Assembly: GCF_020745735.1 (NCBI RefSeq)
Contig: NC_083446.1
Span: 6,558,433 to 6,622,432, forward strand
DNA from: Hemiscyllium ocellatum
Taxonomy: Eukaryota
Direction of reading: 5' to 3'
Length of the DNA: 64,000 nt
Of the stretch, positions 37,501-47,950 are shown in pieces (positions within the stretch are counted from its first letter, which is position 1; the number at the start of each line of letters is the position of its first letter). The position numbers and the translations under genes are program-made. The notes under the pieces were generated by a model. The model was not told where the DNA came from. It did no database searches and saw nothing but the letters and a program-made list of their open reading frames with translations.

Positions 37501-38461
37501 GCTCTTAAGTGCTTCCACAGTGTGACTATTCTTCTTGGGTAAACTTATATAAGAAGCATTTACAAGTTATCAGCCATAAATGACCCTACAACCTAACACA
37601 AACTTCATGGATTTGACATCCTAGCACATCTGTCCTGCCCAATGGAACATAAAATCCATTACAGTATGGCTGTTAGTTCCAAGACCTTTTTTTATATATA
37701 GTAGCATGGCCAGTGTGTTGGGTCGGGGTATAACCTTGGTGCATTGTTTATCTGCTAGGCATCTGCAGATGAAGTTGTAGGGATCTCTGTTCTTGGTGAA
37801 GACTCTGTAGAGGTGTCTTCTTCTCATTGCAGATCGATAATTTTGTAATTATCAAGGGAACAGAAGTTGAGAACACACTAGATTATCAACACCATGCTCA
37901 CAGGGATCAGATTTACAAGAGTGGAGGAAACCAACAACCATCTCCTATTCCCAGATGTGATGGTAGAAAGGACACAGAACGATGAGTACACTACAAGAAT
38001 GTACAGAAAAGCCACACACTGAACTCTGAATTATGCTCTGCTAACTCAGGGCAAAGGGAAATAGAAACTAGGGTTATTCATACACATGTCTCAGACATTA
38101 ACTGGATCATTTGAGTCTCTGCAAGCAAATGGTTTCAACAGTACAAACCCTTCAATCAAATTGTACCCTTGCTGATGGGGTGAGATATGGTGCTCTCATA
38201 AAGTGGACTAAAGACAGTTGGGCATGTGTTCATTTTACTTGGAAACACAACACAGCACATGCATGCATGCAAACGGCTTAATGTGGTCTTCAACTCATGC
38301 ACTAAATAGGCACTTCTTTTCTTTCCTCTTATGCAATTCATCGCCGGAGTCTTCTTTCAAAAAAAAATGCAGAATTATTGAGACCACTAAATGCAGGCAT
38401 TTTGTTGTCGGGTTTTTGCACTCTGCTTCCATTCCATTACCTGTCGGAGAGCGGTCTCCAT
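16539..38461 (-). CDS. TOP6BL: TOP6BL / C11orf80 (meiotic topoisomerase VIB-like, SPO11 partner), 16 coding exons, about 640 aa
   Basis: 16 phase-compatible exons collinear with recalled human TOP6BL from the N-terminus (YLIIH..LEG) to C-terminal WLQEVSNLSDW; upstream of and co-oriented with RCE1, as on human 11q13.2. Confidence 0.95.
17465..17685 (+). mobile_element. Two tandem short (~110 bp) tRNA-derived SINE-like units
   Basis: GTGGTAGTGTCCC..GGTTCA..CCCACCTG..CCAGA..GATTAGAAAATA; related copies at ~10735, 23645, 25160, 25470. Confidence 0.65.
17690..18300 (-). mobile_element. CR1/L2-superclade LINE RT fragment (second family)
   Basis: LFNDAQFGF...ELNFRGEVR..FDI reverse transcriptase motifs. 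Confidence 0.75.
18957..19333 (-). CDS. TOP6BL: TOP6BL exon 15 (disordered linker)
   Basis: 377-nt open exon DLSFTLSG...AKKRQL...KTTDNK; ttgcag| and AAG|gtttgt; phase 1-0. Confidence 0.75.
20485..20614 (-). CDS. TOP6BL: TOP6BL exon 14 (disordered linker)
   Basis: Open, acidic/Ser-rich IHSGDSDRVL...LDGSES; phase 0-1 bridges exons 13 and 15; no sequence similarity recalled. Confidence 0.72.
20964..21062 (-). CDS. TOP6BL: TOP6BL exon 13
   Basis: VSNTQEIKTSLQNTLQNIIQNRFLLSRVCDMKR (human DTQEFRTKLHKVFREITQHQFL..CEVK). Confidence 0.9.
21492..21602 (-). CDS. TOP6BL: TOP6BL exon 12
   Basis: DQRKMQTATTVICDAIHSVLSSSTNRDFRIKSLQLLK (human [35 protein letters not shown]). Confidence 0.92.
22517..22638 (-). 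CDS. TOP6BL: TOP6BL exon 11
   Basis: GQKTVVEHLDQILHYNKDVVRKSVQPVLHQVLDECLHYRK; AG/GT. Confidence 0.9.
22975..23124 (-). CDS. TOP6BL: TOP6BL exon 10
   Basis: (G)LACPDISYKLQS...QEQMLLLFLFIQYWDDFHFELLDVI (human PDVSYQVES...QTLLLFLFVDF). Confidence 0.92.
24328..24536 (+). mobile_element. Solo-LTR-like element
   Basis: TGT...TCA termini enclosing CCAAT, TATAAA and AATAAA in order; no clear TSD. Confidence 0.5.
24590..25130 (+). mobile_element. CR1 LINE 3' end
   Basis: LEYCV/LERVQKRF remnants and CR1 3' UTR. Confidence 0.8.
25815..26115 (+). mobile_element. V-SINE (HE1-like)
   Basis: Head, V-domain and tail present. Confidence 0.82.
26345..27270 (+). mobile_element. CR1 LINE RT and 3' end
   Basis: GPLLFVIF.NDLD, SKFADDTK catalytic motif, LEYCVQFW. 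Confidence 0.9.
28580..29265 (+). mobile_element. CR1 LINE 3' end interrupted by a Penelope-terminus fragment (28715-28845)
   Basis: CR1 sequence resumes after the insert; CTAGCTAT occurs on both sides, TSD-like. Confidence 0.75.
30269..30416 (-). CDS. TOP6BL: TOP6BL exon 9 (non-canonical boundaries)
   Basis: IFIYGPADLPILF...DPSHLANWKQY...TTE (human IFLYGPLGLP...DTSSLVDWKKY); boundaries set by alignment and phase. Confidence 0.85.
31736..31928 (-). CDS. TOP6BL: TOP6BL exon 8 (followed by a U12-type 5' splice site)
   Basis: NFECAADSHCYRLHPVAGKLFPLSIP...AAICPCLKNYPNKPAGVSNIS (human SHCSRIHPVLG...AAALCP); donor GTATCCTT. Confidence 0.9.
32579..32647 (-). CDS. TOP6BL: TOP6BL exon 7
   Basis: SEKLDQFCSNRHTVLSDSTHYI (human LLVDSQHYV); tag| and |gtaagt; phase 2-2. 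Confidence 0.85.
33378..33685 (-). mobile_element. Full-length young V-SINE (HE1-like) in TOP6BL intron 6
   Basis: GGCGGCACGGTGGCACAGTGG head, GGTTCAATTCC B box, V-domain, CR1-type tail. Confidence 0.92.
34089..34144 (-). CDS. TOP6BL: TOP6BL exon 6
   Basis: VKIQFYVKVNGNLSTHVF (human VRFHFSVKVNGILSTEIF). Confidence 0.9.
35476..35559 (-). CDS. TOP6BL: TOP6BL exon 5
   Basis: ISEQSCIVMKDCLTIKNFLHRISIVHAQ (human MTDCLVIKHFLRKIIMVHPK). Confidence 0.9.
35883..35992 (-). CDS. TOP6BL: TOP6BL exon 4
   Basis: IEKLLLQLSLRVVQVDLGTADLNEKFISSDFRLTFE (human PFQMIFE); AG/GT. Confidence 0.82.
36994..37047 (-). CDS. TOP6BL: TOP6BL exon 3
   Basis: (V)AAAGQWISNNQTYYFYK; cag| and |gtaagg; phase 1-1. Confidence 0.82.
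37190..37334 (-). CDS. TOP6BL: TOP6BL exon 2
   Basis: VIEYLIIHIKNMNRRFRRSTLEGDLLVLVNAVNSTLQFHKEYLICVVT; AG/GT boundaries. Confidence 0.88.
37667..38022. repeat. Direct duplicate of 40360-40714 (Penelope inversion junction)
   Basis: About 355 bp nearly identical, including the junction CTTCTCATTGCAGATCGATAAT. Confidence 0.9.
38441..38461 (-). CDS. TOP6BL: TOP6BL exon 1 (METALRQ)
   Basis: ATG in CpG island, CAG|gtaatg donor, phase 0 matching exon 2. Confidence 0.75.
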
Positions 38462-38479
38462 GTCCTTTGGAGGTTGGAG

Positions 38480-38645
38480 GGGGAAGGGGTTCGCGCGCGG
38501 CCAACGGAATTTCAAAACAACTTTCCCGCGTGCCAGTCGTTTCCCGCCCAAATGCCTCCAGCGCATGCGCCGAACCTCCATCTTTCTCTTTTTAACGGCA
38601 CCGGCCAACCGTTCTTCGTGCGCACGCGCCGGACAAAGGTTGGTT
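38480..38645. promoter_or_regulatory. TOP6BL CpG-island promoter, possibly bidirectional
   Basis: CpG-rich; NRF1 GCGCATGCGC 38561-38570; E2F TTTCCCGC at 38522 and 38540; CHR TTTGAA (minus, 38511-38516); MYB-type YAACNG at 38502, 38593, 38606. Confidence 0.8.
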
Positions 38646-39789
38646 GGTAGGTCAACCGAGTAGGAGGGGAATGGCTAATTGCCCTTGAAAAGAAAATAGC
38701 ATGGGGGTTTATTCCTGGCGTGTGAGTGATGTTGGTAAGGTTATCATTCAGTGCCTGCATGGATGTCGCTCCAAGAAGCTGTCTTGGCAGCAATGCCTAA
38801 TCACTAATGTCAACCACGGCTCCATTGGTAGTCTCTGGTTCAAGTCCCAATCCAGGTATTTGAGTGAAAACATCAGAAAAAAAAAATTGCAGCAGTTTAG
38901 TGCTGATGGAGCAATTGCATAGTTGGAGGCCCTGTTTTCCGAATGAGATGTTGAACTGATCCATCTGCTTGGGTTGATGTAAAATGCCCCTCCTTGGGAA
39001 GACCAGGAAGGTCATCTAGAGTGCCCTAGCTGATGAATCCCAGAATAGTTAGGGCACAGTAGGAGGCCTTTCAGTCTGTTGTGTTCATGCTGACTCTCTG
39101 GAGGAGCAATTCTCCCACCTTTCAAAATGGGTCAACATCACAAAACTGGAATAGGTAGCCATCATCATGTTGCTGTTTGCAGGAACTTGCTGTGTGCTTA
39201 TTGCCTATAGTGTTTCCTGCATTGCAACAATGACTATACTTAGTTGGCTACGATGTGATGACTAGTTGCTGTGATAAATGCAAGTCTTTATTCAGTCGTT
39301 CTGGGTTAGGGGTGAAATGCTATTGATGCATTGATGATGAAGGAATGGAGGTAATTGCTTGATGTGGAGAGAAACGAGTGCATTCTGTAGGTTATGTGAT
39401 TATAGAAACATAGAGTTCAGTAGGAAACCATTCAATTCATCATGCCTATGCCGGCTTTTTGAAAGTCTCTTTTCCCTATAAACTTGCACATGTTGCTTTC
39501 AGGTATTGATCCCAACTTCCTTTTGAAAAACCATATTCAATATACCTTTTAAGGCAGCACATTCCAGATGACAATAACTTGCTGTGTTTCAAAAATTATC
39601 ATTATTCCCTTTACTCTTTTGCCAATGATCATAGCATATCAAGAAAAAAATGTACAGTTGCTGTTAATCTTCCCCACCAGAAGTCTCCTGATGTTTGCAC
39701 CTATGCCTTGTTTCCAAATCTGTTTATTCCTTTCCTTCAACCAACTATTTAAGTTATTTTTAAATGTTGAATATGGTTTCTGCTTCAAT

Positions 39790-41580
39790 TGTTATCTGTG
39801 GGTATGCTTGCTGTGTTGGGAAGTTGATTTGCAAACGTTTTGTCCCCTGTCTATGTGACATCTTCAGTGCTTTGGAACCTCCTGTGAAGCACTGCTATAG
39901 TGTGTCTTCTGGTATTTATTTGATTCCATTCCTGCTGCTTCCAGTTACCGGTTCTGGTTGTTTGTTGTAGTGGCTGGTATGTTGGATCTAGATCTATGTG
40001 TTGATGAAGTCCATGGATGAGTGCCATGCTACCAGAAATTCTCTGGTTGTCCTATGTTTAACTTGTCCTTTGATTGTTGTGTTTCCCAGTCGAATTTGTG
40101 GTCCTTGTCATTTGGGCGTGTATGGCTACTAGGGACAACTGGTCATGGTGTTTAGTGGCTAGTTGGTGTTCGTGGATGTGGATAGCTAGTTGTCTGCCTG
40201 TTTGTCCTATATAGCGTTTCATGCAGTCTTTACATGGAAACTTGTAAATTACATTAGTCTTGCACATAATGAGTATAGGGTCTTTTGTTCTGGGTGAGTT
40301 GTTTTCTGAGCGTGCTGTCGGTTTATGGTGTGTCATGAATCCGAGTGGTTGGAGAAGTCTGGCTGTTAGTTCCAAGACCTTTTTTATATATAGTAGCATG
40401 GCCAGTGTGTTGGGTCGGGGTATATCCTCGGTGCATTGTTTATCTGCTAGGCATCTGCAGATGAAGTTGTAGGGATCTCTGTTCTTGGTGAAGACTCTGT
40501 AGAGGTGTCTTCTTCTCATTGCAGATCGATAATTTTGTAATTATCAAGAGAACACAAGTTGAGAACACACTAGATTATCAACACCATGCTCACAGGGATC
40601 AGATTTACAAGAGTGGAGGAAACCAACAACCATCTCCTATTCCCAGATGTGACAGTAGAAAGGACACAGAACGGTGGATACACTACAAGAATGTACAGAA
40701 AAGCCACACACTGACCAGATCCTGAACTACAACAGCAACCACCTGAACACACGTGAGAGGCTGCATGTTCAAAAGGGCTACAATATACTGCAGCATTCCT
40801 GTCCTGCTAAGAGAAGAAGAAGAAGATTCTACAGAGTCTTCACCAAGAACAGATATCCCTGCAACTTCATCTACAGATACCTAGCTGACAAAGAACGCGA
40901 CGAGGACATGCCATGACCCAACACACTAGCCTCGCTATGGTATTTTTAAAAAAGTCTCAGGGCTAACAGCCAGACTTCTCCAACCACTCTGGTTCATGAC
41001 AGCCTATAAACCTGACAGCCATGTTCAGACAACAAATCACCAGAACAAAAGATGCTATACTGATTATGTGCAGGAGCAATGTAATTTGCAAGATTCCATG
41101 AAAGACTGCATGAAACACTAGATAGGACAAATAGGCAGACAACTAGCAATCCACATCCATGAACACCATCCAACCACTAAACGACATGACCAGCTGCCTC
41201 TTGTAGCCATACACACCCTAATGACAAGGACCACAAATTTGACTGGGACAACACAACGATCATAGGACAAGCTAAATATAGGACAACTAGAGAATTTGTA
41301 GAAGCATGGCACTCATCCACAGATCCCATCATAAAACAGACCTAGACCCAATATACCAGCCACTACAATGAACAGCTGGAGCCAGCAACTGGAATGAGGA
41401 GGAATGGAATCAAATAAATTCCAAAAGAGAGAGTACAGCAGTGCTTCACTGGAGACTCAAAAGCACTGAAGATGTCACCTAGACAGAGGACGAAACTTCT
41501 GCAAATCAACTTCCCAGCTTGGAAAACATACCCGCAGCTATGGCAACCAGCATCCAAGCTACAAATATTTACACAAACCT
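39790..41580. mobile_element. Penelope-like element with inverted structure (minus arm 39790-40518, plus arm 40519-41580)
   Basis: NVIYKFPCKDCMKRYIGQTGR GIY-YIG on both arms; hammerhead motifs at 39831-39870 (-) and 41463-41502 (+). Confidence 0.88.
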
Positions 41581-42319
41581 TGATAAATTGTTATCTCTCT
41601 GTGTCTCTGCCTTGTTGACAGACAACATTAACCTCCCTTTGGGGACTTGCAGGACATGCGATCTTTGATATAAACGGTAAGACATGTCTGAGACCGTTTC
41701 ATATGATAATTTTCATTTGGTGCTGCAGGAATGGTGTGTTATCCCAGTGTCTGAAGGAGTCTGAGCAGAAGTTTAAAGGAGAAACATAAGATGTTATTTG
41801 CAAACTTTGAGAGGTAGTGTGAAGAGTTCCAACTTGCTGTTTTCCCATGCTCTAGTACCTCCATGCAAAGAACCATTGATGCTTTCCTCTTATAAGGAGT
41901 CATGGTTGCAGCATTTTGTGAACCTTTTTCTAGCAACATGTTATGCCTCCAGTTATTTGTATTCTCACCCTATATGCAAAATACATCTGTTGGAAAGACG
42001 AATGTGCAACATGGCATGTAAAACCTGAGTGCCCAAGTAACTATAATTGCATTGAGGGACCTTATGGTCAGGGTATATGATGCTTCGAACAATGTTTAAT
42101 GCCCCGTGTAAACATATCTGGAATGATTTCATGACATAATGCTCTGCTTCAGTAATAGGATGTTTTGGAAGATTTGTATCACTATGTGTACGACATTGTC
42201 CCTCTTGAATAAAATAACTTCATAAAATATGTAAAATATTTGAACAACGTAGTGCACGTCTATCCACTTACCATGTTAAAATCACCAAATTACAGCACAT
42301 AGTTAGACCTAGGACACTT

Positions 42320-43245
42320 AGTCTTCAGCTGCACCATCATTAGCCTTCCCTCCATCATAAGCTTAGAAGTGGGATGTTTGCTGATGATTGTAAAATGTTC
42401 AGTACCTTTTATATCTCCTCAAGTACTAAAACAGCCCATGTACACATGCAGCAGGACTTGGATGCGATCTAGGCTTGAGCTGATATCCAGTAAATAACAT
42501 TTGTGCCATGCAAGTACCAGACAATGACCATTTCAAGTACAATAATATCTAGTAATTTCCCTTTGCTGTTCATGGCATTACCGTTGCTGACTCCCACACC
42601 ATTCACATCCTTAGAGTCACAATTAAGCAGAACCCAAACCGGACAGTCGTACAAATACTGTGGCTGCAATAACAGGTTATAGACTAGAAATATAGTGACA
42701 GGTAACTCACCTCCTGTCTCTCCAATGTCCCCATCTTCATGGAGTAAGTCAGAAGTGAGATGGATTATTTTCCACTTGCCTGATGGATGCAACACCTACA
42801 ACATTTAAGAGGCTTAACATCATCCAAGGCAGTCCATTTGATTGGCACCACGTCCACCGGTTTCAACAAGTTTCATCACCATTGCACAGTGGCAGCAGTG
42901 TGCACCATCCACAAGATGCATTATAACAACTCACCAAGGTTCTTTCAACATCATGTTACAAACCTGTGATTTCTACCACCTCGAAGGACAAAGGCAGCAA
43001 ATGTATAGCAACATCACATCTGAGTTTCCCATTAACCCACTCACCACCTAATTTGAATCTCGCCATTTCTTCACTGCTAGCAGATCAAAATCCTGGAACT
43101 CCCTTCTTAAAGCACTGCAAATGCATCAATACCGGACCAGAGCTGCAGTTCAAGAAAGCAGCTCACTTTAGCCTTGACAAGGCAATTAGAGATGGGCAAT
43201 AAATGTTGGCCTAGCCAGTGTTGCTTAAATTGTGAATGAATTAAA
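42320..43245 (+). mobile_element. CR1/L2-superclade LINE 3' end (second family)
   Basis: MFADDC motif, QQDLDAI, and 3' tail GGCAATTAG.GATGGGCAATAAATG also found at ~2390, 30160, 54010, 55890. Confidence 0.75.
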
Positions 43246-44370
43246 AACTAAACACTTACTTCTAAATTATAGATCATAGGTTAAACAATAACCATTCTTT
43301 CTGTTTACTGCTGGGCAGTTGCTGCCTTTGCAAGACCTCTTAAACATTCCTTCAGAGTGATGTAACTGAGTCAGTCCATTCTGCCATCATCTGTTTTTGA
43401 TGAATTTTCAGCTGCCGAGCTTTAAATTGTAAATTAAAGAGCAGCTGAAATGGGTAACCTATTCTTCCCTTCCCCACCTCTGCTTTCCCCACATCCGTTA
43501 TACAAGGGGAATGCTGAAATGCTTGACTTGATTGTATGGACATCTTGCCCTGCATGCACTACTTCGCTACAGTGGTCTGACTTTGCAGTATTGGAAATAT
43601 TTTCAGCCCGTAGTCTTCAAAATTCTTTCTTTCCCTACCTGTTGTAACTGAAGACTTTTGATACCTCTCTCATTATGTTGACTTATTTTATATCCATTTA
43701 CAGTTGCAGACTGGAAGAGTTAATTTTGTGGAGGACTCATTACCTGCTGACATAACTGGGGAGCACAACAAGTTACTGCTCATTATAATCGCTGGGTGCC
43801 CTCTGTTCAGAAACAAGGACTGGTTTGAACAGTGATTATCACTGATAATGTTTTATGCTTAGAGTTAAGGAAGATATGATTGATTAGTATAGGAAAAGAT
43901 GCCAGTTTTTCTTCTAGTAGTGACCAGGCCAATACCAAGTACTGTTCAGTTATTACAAGGGAGATGTAATCATTTATATGGAGTTATACCTGTTTTCCAG
44001 CTGTTCAATAAGCCAGTTTAATGCACACCAGTCTCTCTGCTGTCAACTTAGCTCATTCTGCTCTCAAATATCATGTTCTTTTTCGTTCTGAGTGAACAAT
44101 TTTACAATTTGCAGAGTACATAATTCCAAAGGGGCGCATACATAAGCCATGCTGCATCAGATTTTTACAGATCATTAGCTATTCGCCAGTGTTCATTGTT
44201 ATATTTGATATTTTAACAGTATATACATTTAAATTGTTGTTTAATTAGCATTGGTCCTTAAGTCACTGAGATTTGCTGACAGAGATGCCTTCCAAGCAAG
44301 AAATTCTTGACACCACTGACTTTATGGTTAAAGTTTGCCTCCTATCATTTTAAGGTTCACATGATTGGTA

Positions 44371-45927
44371 TTAGACAGAAGGGATGGGGATATGTTTCGC
44401 TGAAGTACTGTCACAATCCTGCATGAAGTCTGATGTTTTTGAAATGTGGTAGTACATTCCAGTGTAGGACTGAACTGAACCAAAAGTATATCTCCTGGGC
44501 TGCAAATTTGTAGGGGTGCTGTCTTCCTGGGAGATGCTGCTGTTATAGATACTGTAGTATGGCTCCATCCTAGTGTTAATAGGGGTGGAGGCACTCTGTG
44601 CTTTTTGCTGGTACTCAACAGAAGTGAAGATGTCTTTTGAATTGCTTGGTCCACAGGCCTGGTCAACAAGTTTTTTCTGTGACTTGGGGGAGAGGATGTA
44701 GGCTGAATTGGTATCGTGGTGAGAAGACTTGTTCCTGTTCAAAACCAGGCTACCATCCCCAACTGCTTTCAGTCTTGTTTTCTGCTTGCAGCACAGCAGG
44801 AGGGCCATAAACTGTGTGCACCAAGCCACCTTCTTGCGGAGACCAGAGTTGTTGCGAGAATAGATAAATGGATTGAGGCCCGACCTAAAAAACACCAAGG
44901 TTAATCCACACAACTCAAATTGGTAAATGATGAAGCTGCTGTCTGAGGATAAGACATCATGCACCAGAGCTACACCCAATGGCAGGCAGCAGACCACTGA
45001 TAATAGTATCATAACACAGGTCACTACTGCTTTGGAATCCTTAACAGCTGAAAGGTTCACTGTGTGTTCTAGCTTCTTGTTGGAAGTAGTCACATTTTTG
45101 CTTTCATTGTGTGTATATAGGTGTGTTTGCACATGGGGTGTCTTGTTGCATTTCTGCCCTCTGTATAAAGAGGGCCCTGATCCATCTGGATGGACGAAAC
45201 AGTCGTGCTTTTTGGGGTCAACCACTGTAATCACAGGACAGCGCCGTACCTGTGCATTCTTGTGGAGAGTTTGAGCAATCATAGCATAAGAAATTGCAAC
45301 AATGCCCACACAGAGGGTAAAGTCCACCACGTATGTGTATAAAATGGCCTTGCCATCTTCGTTAATGAGCCCAAGCAATGGGACACAGATCTTCGAGCTG
45401 TGGTATTTAGTCATGGCTGACAATGTGGCTAGGGTAAAACTGATGACCCACAAAACAACAGTAAGGAGAAGTGTACAGACAAATGAGGAGGAATGATTTG
45501 TTCGCTGCCCTAGCACCATTCTTAGACGATGAAGAGCGATCACAGCCACTGTTTTCAAAGACATTATGACGAACCCTGTGCTAGTGAGGTGGAATGCAAA
45601 ACAGAAGGTATCTGACATATTGCTCCTGTTATCAAAGAACATCACAAAGCCAAACATGGGGACTGCAATGAGGCAGATGAAGAGGTCACAGAAAGACAGA
45701 TTCAGGATCATGAAATCAAAATGTGTCCTAAATTTCCTGAAAGCAGGATTGAAGAAGGAGGAAAATACAATTACATTGCCATAGGATCCCAGGCAGAAAA
45801 CCAGCATGAGCAGTAAGGTGCAGGTGGCCAGTGTAGCCTTGTGGATTGCTGTTTGTACTTCCGTTCGATTTTTCCCTGGAGAACAGTTTGTGAGCACTGG
45901 GAAAATACATTCTGGAGTTGTGTTCAT
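44371..45927 (-). CDS. GPR75: GPR75-like class A GPCR, single coding exon (about 518 aa from MNTT; in-frame upstream ATG at 45972)
   Basis: 7-TM protein with GPR75 signatures CLGSYGN, [19 protein letters not shown], [28 protein letters not shown] and C-terminal [12 protein letters not shown]; splice acceptor tttcag| at 46036-46037 implies a non-coding upstream exon; orthologue vs paralogue status unresolved. Confidence 0.93.
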   Translation of the reverse strand: MNTTPECIFPVLTNCSPGKNRTEVQTAIHKATLATCTLLLMLVFCLGSYGNVIVFSSFFNPAFRKFRTHFDFMILNLSFCDLFICLIAVPMFGFVMFFDNRSNMSDTFCFAFHLTSTGFVIMSLKTVAVIALHRLRMVLGQRTNHSSSFVCTLLLTVVLWVISFTLATLSAMTKYHSSKICVPLLGLINEDGKAILYTYVVDFTLCVGIVAISYAMIAQTLHKNAQVRRCPVITVVDPKKHDCFVHPDGSGPSLYRGQKCNKTPHVQTHLYTHNESKNVTTSNKKLEHTVNLSAVKDSKAVVTCVMILLSVVCCLPLGVALVHDVLSSDSSFIIYQFELCGLTLVFFRSGLNPFIYSRNNSGLRKKVAWCTQFMALLLCCKQKTRLKAVGDGSLVLNRNKSSHHDTNSAYILSPKSQKKLVDQACGPSNSKDIFTSVEYQQKAQSASTPINTRMEPYYSIYNSSISQEDSTPTNLQPRRYTFGSVQSYTGMYYHISKTSDFMQDCDSTSAKHIPIPSV

Positions 45928-47149
45928 ACTGAAGAGGAGTTTTTCTTTTATAAAGGATGGCTGGAAATCCATTGATGTAGGTAGCTTGCTTGGCTGATGA
46001 TTCTTCAATGAGTTTTGATCAATTTGTTATGGCACCTGAAATCAGAAAAGTGAATAATAGTTTTGTTTTGTGGATAGAGAATACTGTAAAGATACACAAT
46101 TTTTATAAAGTTTGTTTTTGTAAGTTTTTGCATCTGTAGGCATGAATTTCCTATCCATCTTCCAAGTGCCATATGCTGTTCCTGTACATATACAAGATTA
46201 ACAGTGCAACATGGTCTGTGAGTTCTCCTGCTGCTATTCAATTAACAATTATTGGAAGTCAAATCAAGTCAGGGCACAGTCATACATCCTACATCTTTTC
46301 AGTAAGAAGCTATTTGATGTCTATGGTATCTCAGCAATCAGAAGGGGCAGGAGCTCACTATGTGGTGAATCATGGACAATAGACCAGATCTGTTAGAGTG
46401 GAGGGTCTTTAATGTGGGTGCAATGGAACGTTTTTGGCAGCTGAGGGCTGATTTTACATAGCCGGCTGTTTGAATTGAAAATCTGGCATGATAGTCACTG
46501 AATCATTCATCCCTCCCAAATGCAATAAATGGGGTGCCTAGCCTGTCAACTGCAGATGTTAGGAAATCAGATGCACATCGCTCACAATCTTCCTCTTTTA
46601 AAACATCTTAAAATCTACATTCTTGACCAAACGTTTTGTCACCTGTCCAAATATTTGCTTATGTGGCTCAGTTGAGTTCTGATGACAAAACACATAATGT
46701 ACATTGGTATAATTTACTAAATGAATTCTAAAAATGCAAGTTGCCACTTTATGTTCTAATAGAAGGTACCCTAAGTTAAAACTGCTTGGTTTTTCAACTA
46801 AGTGTTCTATCCACTACTAGGTATTGCAGAACTCGTGATAAACATGTCCTTAGAAACTGCGTCAATACTGTGCCACACACTAAAGGGATGAACCCTTGAC
46901 GCACCAATAAAATCACGCCCCACTGTGAAACATATGACAGCGCATCTGTAAATAAAAATTATGGATCTTGAAATTGCTGCTGTCATTATCACTTATACAG
47001 GCAGTTACATTGTCTTCAGTTTTTTAATAATGTTTGTTTCCACATGCATGGCAGACTTTATGCGTTGTGTTTACACAAACTTCCATTCCCCTTTAACTGC
47101 CTTTTTTTTCACAAAAAGTATCTCAATTAGTTTTGTAGTTTTGGATATT

Positions 47150-47950
47150 GGTGAGCAGGTCATTGCTAAGTAGGTGCTGATTGATAGCATTGTTGATGGC
47201 AGCTTCCATCATTTTACTGATGGTCAAGAGTAGACTCATGGGGCAGTAATTGGGTGGGATTGGATTTGTCCTGTTTTTTGAGTACAGGACGTACTCTGGC
47301 AATTTTCCAGATTTTTGGTTCAATGCTAGTGTTGTAACTGTATTGGAACAGATTGGCTAGGAAATCGAGGGCAGGTAATAGGCCAGCGTGGGATGTCCAG
47401 GTGGATGGAGTGTGTTGGAGGTGAGCTAAGGGGTCCTCAGAAGGTGGGTGGGAGTCCTGATTGTGAAAGTAAGCTCGGAGGCGGAGGCAGTGGATCGGCA
47501 GATTCTGGAGCACAAATTTTCAGTACTATTGCCGGAATGTTGTCAGAGCCAATAGTCTTTGCAGTATTCAGTGCCTCCAATCATTTTTTGATATCACGAG
47601 TGAATCAAATTGGCTGAAGATTAGCATCTGTGATGCTGGGTCCACTAGAGGAGGTGGATCATCCAGTCGGCTTCAGCCTTCTCTTTTGCTCTGATGTGCT
47701 GGGCCCTTTCATTGTTGAGGATGGCGATATTTGTAGAGCCTCTTCTTCCAGTGAATTGTTTAATTGTCCACTGTTATTTATGACTGGATGTGGCAGGACT
47801 GCAGCAGTTAGGTCTGATCAGTTGGTTGTGAGATCGTTTAGTTCTGTCTATCACTTGCTACTTACATTGTTTTTCCACACAAGTAGTCCTGTTTGGTAGT
47901 CCTGTTAACACCTCATTTTTAGGTTATTCCTAGCATGACCGCCTGCACTT
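47150..47950 (-). mobile_element. LINE fragment (second family) with an embedded Penelope ORF piece (47365-47500)
   Basis: KIWKIARVRPVLKKQDKSNP / NYCPMSLL; insert encodes RLRAYF...STWT. Confidence 0.7.

Noticed and set aside
16539-38461. ASB3 or ERLEC1, expected beside GPR75 from human synteny
   Set aside because: The exons translate to TOP6BL; no ankyrin/SOCS or MRH motifs were seen.
45928-46008. 545-aa GPR75 start from the ORF track
   Set aside because: Starts at TTG; ATGs at 45972 or 45927 are more plausible, and 45927 fits the recalled human N-terminus.
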